From positions 17,918,001-17,982,000 of the forward strand of contig CM052847.1 in NCBI GenBank assembly GCA_028534125.1: a stretch of DNA of 64,000 bases, in the 5' to 3' direction. The position numbers were made by a program, and so were the translations under genes. Below, piece after piece: positions 62,495 to 64,000 of the stretch (position 1 is its first letter; the number at the start of each line of letters is the position of its first letter). Source of the stretch: Lama glama (taxonomy: Eukaryota). Under the pieces are notes generated by a model. That model was not told the origin of the DNA. It saw only the letters and a list, made by a program, of their open reading frames with translations, and ran no database searches.

Positions 62495-64000
62495 GTAGAG
62501 AACAGAGCAGTCATTCTTACCTCCCTCTCTAAACACAGCCCTGGGGACCCAAGCAAACTTAATTTACCCACTAAAGCAGGAGTTAGAACAGGAAGAGAAC
62601 AGAGCAGGAAGGCCTCCCTCAAGCACCCTGCTGAAAGGGTGTCTTGTATTTCAGTTCAAGGGCCCCGACTCCAGCCCTGCCATTGTCGGTTTCTCCCGAG
62701 AAGCTCTCAGAGACATCCTTCGTCTGAGACATCCCATAGCTCGAGGAGAAAGAAGCTATCTTATCGCTTGGGTTGGGGTGGGTGTTCGGGGATTCCTGAA
62801 CTTGGAGTCTTTCCAACAGTGAACTGACCGGATCCCGTGAGCAAAGCAGAGTCCCCCTTCCTCACCACCTGTCCCCTTTCCCCCGGCCCCCCTCACTCTC
62901 CATGCCCGCCTCCCACACTGTTTTCAGCCAAAGACGCAGACTTGCGTCACCCTGTGAGGTGATATAAACCTGGCTGTCTGTTGCGTGGCTGTTTTATTTC
63001 CTGGCTACCAGCTGGTTGTAACCTCTTGGGGCTGCTTCGTAGTTTTGAGCCAGTGATACAATAGGCATAAAACACATGTGTGACAGGTTCTGTCTGTCAC
63101 TGGCAGGGAAGGAGGCGGCCTCCGCCCCCCGCATTCCTCTGGGCTGGGCTGTCCAACCTCCCCGTTGCCTGGAGCAGACTTCTGCTCTCCGAGGTGCCGT
63201 GGGCGATGACGCGCCAACATTTATTGACCACCCCTCTCCTGAAATGTTCCTTTGGCCTTTTGTAAACAGTTTAATTGAGAAAGCGAAGGAAGGATGCTGT
63301 TCTCCGTGGAGACCGAGGGGGAGTTTAGGTGGGCAGAACGCAATTACCCAACTAAGGCAGCATCCTGCCCACCCACCAACACAGACATAGGGAAATGTGT
63401 GTGTTGGTGGCATTTAATTTGTCTCTGTGTATCGTGTCCTAGGGGCTCTTTCTCTGTGACGTCTCTGTTGAATATTTGGGTTTGAAGTACTTGATTGAGA
63501 TGGGCTGTGAGACAGATTGGAGTTTTCCTTTTGCTTTAAACAGACTGCTAGAACTCAGAAGGTCCTTAAAGGCAGCTTGATACGCAATCGAGAGAGCTTT
63601 TCCAAGTTCCTCAGCCAGGGGAGAACTTTCAGAGTGTTGTCCAAAGCAGTGGGGCGCGTGGAGCCTTCTTATTTCAAGGCATTGTTTAGTTCACTCCATC
63701 TCGTGCTTGATCCCTCTCCCTCCAGTTTGCACCCTGTCCCCTCGGACCCCCCAGGAACAGCACGAGAAGGGGTTAGAAAACTATAATGCACTGTAGCCAG
63801 TCTTCCTGGGTTTTTAAAGAAATAGGAAACCAAGACATAAAGAGACCTTAAGTTGTGTATCACCCTTCACGATCACAGCCCGCTGAGGTTCCCAGCCTCC
63901 TCTGGGCTCGTGTGTTACACGCGTCTGTCTGTAACGCATTCGCCTTCCCAGCAGTGAATGTTCCACACAAGTGCAGGGGTGATTTTCACCCACCTCTGCC

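Larger units (their letters stand above)
1..64000 (+). other. CELF2: Internal portion of the CELF2 gene (introns plus internal coding exons); start and stop codons lie outside the window
   Basis: Five spliced exons translate in order to the CELF2 sequence [31 protein letters not shown]...LGALTSP, with compatible phases except at the gap. Confidence 0.97.

Overview
Mammalian genomic DNA, most likely a camelid given the Vic-1-like tRNA-derived SINEs. The whole window lies inside the CELF2 (CUGBP2/ETR-3) gene on the + strand. Five coding exons with canonical AG/GT ends are readable (16643-16691, 23929-24063, 36591-36749, 40145-40208, 48738-48872; roughly exons 4, 5, 7, 8, 9, numbering depends on isoform). 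They encode the end of RRM1, most of RRM2 and the Gln/Ala-rich divergent domain. Phase arithmetic requires one more 3n+2 (expected 80 nt) RRM2 exon, which I cannot find and which probably sits in the N gap at 32270-32513. The rest is intron, with Vic-1 SINEs, MIR, L1, L2, MER5, MADE2, a MaLR LTR and two ERV-type solo LTRs. The best candidate for an undescribed system is the 1.5 kb just after the hidden exon (32514-34000). It holds three cryptic acceptors that would all truncate CELF2, clustered (T)GCATG and UG-rich motifs, and competing RNA stems that bracket two of the candidate exons, which suggests a structure-gated poison-exon module. That reading is inference, untested by conservation or RNA data. 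There are no prokaryotic features, and the ORF track is noise apart from the ORFs overlapping the exons. Repeat names and boundaries are by eye and approximate.
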